Assembly: GCF_006345805.1 (NCBI RefSeq)
Contig: NC_042997.1
Coordinates: forward strand, 74,276,001 to 74,340,000
DNA from: Octopus sinensis
Taxonomy: Eukaryota
DNA length: 64,000 nt
Direction: 5' to 3'
The notes below the pieces were generated by a model. The model had not been told where the DNA came from. It searched no databases and saw nothing but the letters and a program-made list of their open reading frames with translations. The position numbers and the translations under genes were made by a program. The stretch's first letter is position 1; each line of letters starts with the position of its first letter. Positions 61,089-64,000 of the stretch are shown here, piece by piece.

Positions 61089-64000
61089 ATGAAATCTGCC
61101 AAATGCAAGCTTTCTTTTCAGGTACATGACACGGCTGTCCCTCATCCCAGGGTCTCAGAGGCCCACACCTCCCACACCCTCAGAGTTGGCACACTCAATG
61201 TTGGCACATTGAAAGGTAGGTCTGGAGAGATTGTAGAGCTGCTTGAACGAAGACATGTGGATTTATGCTGCATCCAGGAAGTAAGGTGGAGAGGAGGTTC
61301 CGCTAGGCTCCTCACAGGCAAGGAACACAGGTACAAGATTTTCTGGGCAGGGAACACTGACGGGGTAGGGGGCGTGGGTATACTTCTTGCGGAGAAATGG
61401 GTAGATAAGGTAATCGAGGTAGTCAGAGTAAGTGATAGAGTACTTAAGATTAGATTAGTGCTTCACCATAGGTCAGCTACCATCATCTCGGCATATGCCC
61501 CTCAACCAGGGCTACCGGAAGGACAGAAAGACCAATTCTATGACACCCTATTGCGGACTACCTCGTTGACAAATGACAGTGACCTTCTCTTTGTGGCAGA
61601 TGATTTCAATGGACATGTTGGCCGACATGTCGGGGGCTTCCACGGCGTTCATGGAGGCTATGGTTTTGGCTCTTGAAATGAGGAGGGAACCAGGCTGCTG
61701 GAGTTCTGCGATGCAAATGACCTTATGGTTTGCAATACCAACTTCAGGAACCCACCTCTCACCTAGTCACCTACCGTTCTGGCAGACACACTAGTCAGAT
61801 TGACTACATCCTCGCCAGAAAGAGGGAAAGAGGGCTGCTTTTAAATGCCAAAACCTTTCCAGGCGAAGAATGTACTCCTCAACATAGATTAGTAGTTAGC
61901 GACATCAGGATCAGAGCTAAATGGTTGCCCAGAAGAAGACCAGCTTGGAGGAGAAGGGTCTGGAAGCTTAAGATCCTGCAAATGGACAGAGATTTAGAGA
62001 CATACTACTCGAAGCCTTTGACGAAATAGAAAGGGATATAGCTTCACTTAATGTGGAAGACAACTGGAGATTTCTACGGGACAATCTGCTGACAGCCACT
62101 GACCAGATCTGTGGATGGAGCAAAGTCCCGTCTCGACCCAGAGTAACGTGGTGGTGGAACAATGTGGTGGACAGGGCTATTAGACAAAAGAAACAGGCTT
62201 GGAGGGACTGGAAGAACGGTGGTAGCAGGGAATTGTATCAGACTGCCAGAAGGGAAGCTAGGAGACAGGTTTATTTAGCCAGAGGGGAAGCGGATAAGAA
62301 AAAATTTGCCAATGTTCTGAGCCGTGAGGATGAAAGACTTGAGATATTTCGTGTTGCAAGACAGTGTGTGAGAGAGAATCGTGATGTGGTAGGAGAGAAG
62401 TGTGTTTGCATGGATGATGGTTCACTTGCGCTAAATGAGGATGCAAAGAGAGAGGTTTGGAGATGCCACTATGAAAGGTTGCTGAATAAAGAAAATGAAT
62501 GGGATAAAGAGAGTCTGCCGAATGTTGACCCAACAGAGGGACCAGCTATCCGAGTTGATAGTTCCGTGGTAGCTAAGGCAATTAGAAGTATGAAGACAGG
62601 GAAAGCCCCAGGCCCATCAGGAATTACTGCAGAGATGCTCAAAATATCTGGTAGTGTCGGCTAATAACCTAGTCACCCGTATAGTCAACCAGGTGATACA
62701 CGAAGGAGTCATACCCAATGACTGGCGTAGCAGCATACTAGTCAACTGCTACAAAGGTAAAGGTGATGCCCTAGATACAAATAATTACAGAGGTATCAAG
62801 CTGTTGGATCAGGTAATGAAGGTTACGGAGAGGGTCATAGCCCAACTAATTAGAGAGAGAGTTAGTTTAGATGAGATGCAGTTTGGGTTCGTGCAAGGGA
62901 AAAGTACCACTGATGCTATATTCCTGGTAAGGCAGCTGCAGGAGAAATACCTAGCCAAAGATAAACCCTGTACCTGGCTTTCGTTGACATGGAGAAAGCC
63001 TTTGATAGGGTCCCCTGATCCCTTATCTGGTGGTCAATGAGGAAACTAGGGATAGATGAATGGCTGGTGAGGGCTGTGCAAGCCATGTACAGAGATGCTG
63101 TAAGTAAGGTTAGGGTTGGCAACATGTACACAGAAGAATTAAAAGTAGAGGTTGGGGTCCACCAGGGTTCAGTACTCAGCCCCCTCCTATTTATCATAGT
63201 CCTCCAGGCAATTACGGAGGAATTCAAGAGAGGTTGCCCCTGGGAGCTCCTCTATGCTGACGATCTTGCTCTAATTGCTGAATCACTATCAGAACTGGAG
63301 GAGAAGTTCCAGGTGTGGAAGGAGGGTTTAGAATCGAGGGGCCTTAGAGTCAACCTAGCTAAAACCAAAGTACTAATAAGTAGGAAGGTAGACAATCCAC
63401 AAATGTCTTCAGGAAGATGACCCTGCTCGATCTGTAGAAAAGGTGTAGGTAGAAACTCTATAAGATGTGCCCAGTGTAAGCTATGGACACATAAGAGGTG
63501 CAGCAATGTCAAAGGTAGGCTAACTGGGAAGATAGTTTTTGTATGTGGCAGATGCTCGGGAGCATTAACCTCCGAAAATCTGCAGAAAACAACTTCCGTC
63601 ACTTTCCAGGGGGAAAAACTAGAAGTAGTTGATAGCTTCCGTTATCTAGGTGACCAAGTCAGTAGTGGGGGGGGGGGGGGCGCTGAAAGTGTAACTGCTA
63701 GAATAAGAATAGCCTGGACAAAGTTTAGGGAGCTCTTACCTCTGCTGGTGACTTACCTCTCGCTCAGAGTAAAAGGCAGACTGTATGATGCATGTGTAAG
63801 CTCGTGAGGAATGAAGCCAGTATGCTCCGATGGATGTGTAACGTCAGTGTACATACTCGACAGAGCGTTAGTACCTTGAGAGAAATGTTGTACCTAAGAA
63901 GCATTAGTTGTGGTGTGCAAGAGAGACGATTGCGCTGGTATGGTCATGTGGCGAGAATGGATGAAGATAGGTGTGTGAGAAAGTGCCAATCCCTAGCAGT
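61089..64000 (+). mobile_element. Near full-length RTE LINE (APE + RT + PHD-like finger), pseudogenised, runs out of window
   Basis: ORF begins MKSAK...LRVGTLNVGTL, followed by the complete APE and RT motif series, broken by stops (61674, 63418) and several frameshifts. Confidence 0.95.

Noticed and set aside
50632-64000. Search for the preceding dynein exon (ENGL.KL motif) and, in 1-6307, the following exon (NIHLV motif)
   Set aside because: Neither was found by eye. They are presumed outside the window, so absence is not evidence of truncation.

Overview
AT-rich, repeat-dense animal genomic DNA. The RTE, SINE and Helitron complement suggests a cephalopod, probably an octopus; this is inference, not a database hit. 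The only host gene is an axonemal outer-arm beta-type dynein heavy chain (DNAH9/11/17 family) on the minus strand. Ten GT-AG exons (50631 to 6308) splice into 878 uninterrupted codons covering stalk, MTBD, AAA5 and the start of AAA6; both gene ends lie outside the window. The introns hold nine RTE LINE segments, a CR1, a Gypsy 3' end, Penelope-like remnants, a 7.6-kb decayed Helitron with both termini, non-autonomous Helitrons, mariner/hAT/piggyBac-type derivatives, tRNA-type SINEs and microsatellites. Best leads: (1) an intact-looking minimal hammerhead ribozyme, sense to the dynein pre-mRNA (2265-2359); (2) a variable-number array (2-9 units) of ~61-bp hairpin repeats in the RTE 3' UTR; (3) an RTE with a twin-priming-type 5' inversion; (4) a PHD-type finger inside the RTE reverse transcriptase; (5) several long near-perfect fold-backs that would give dsRNA in the pre-mRNA. 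There is no prokaryotic content and no CRISPR array.
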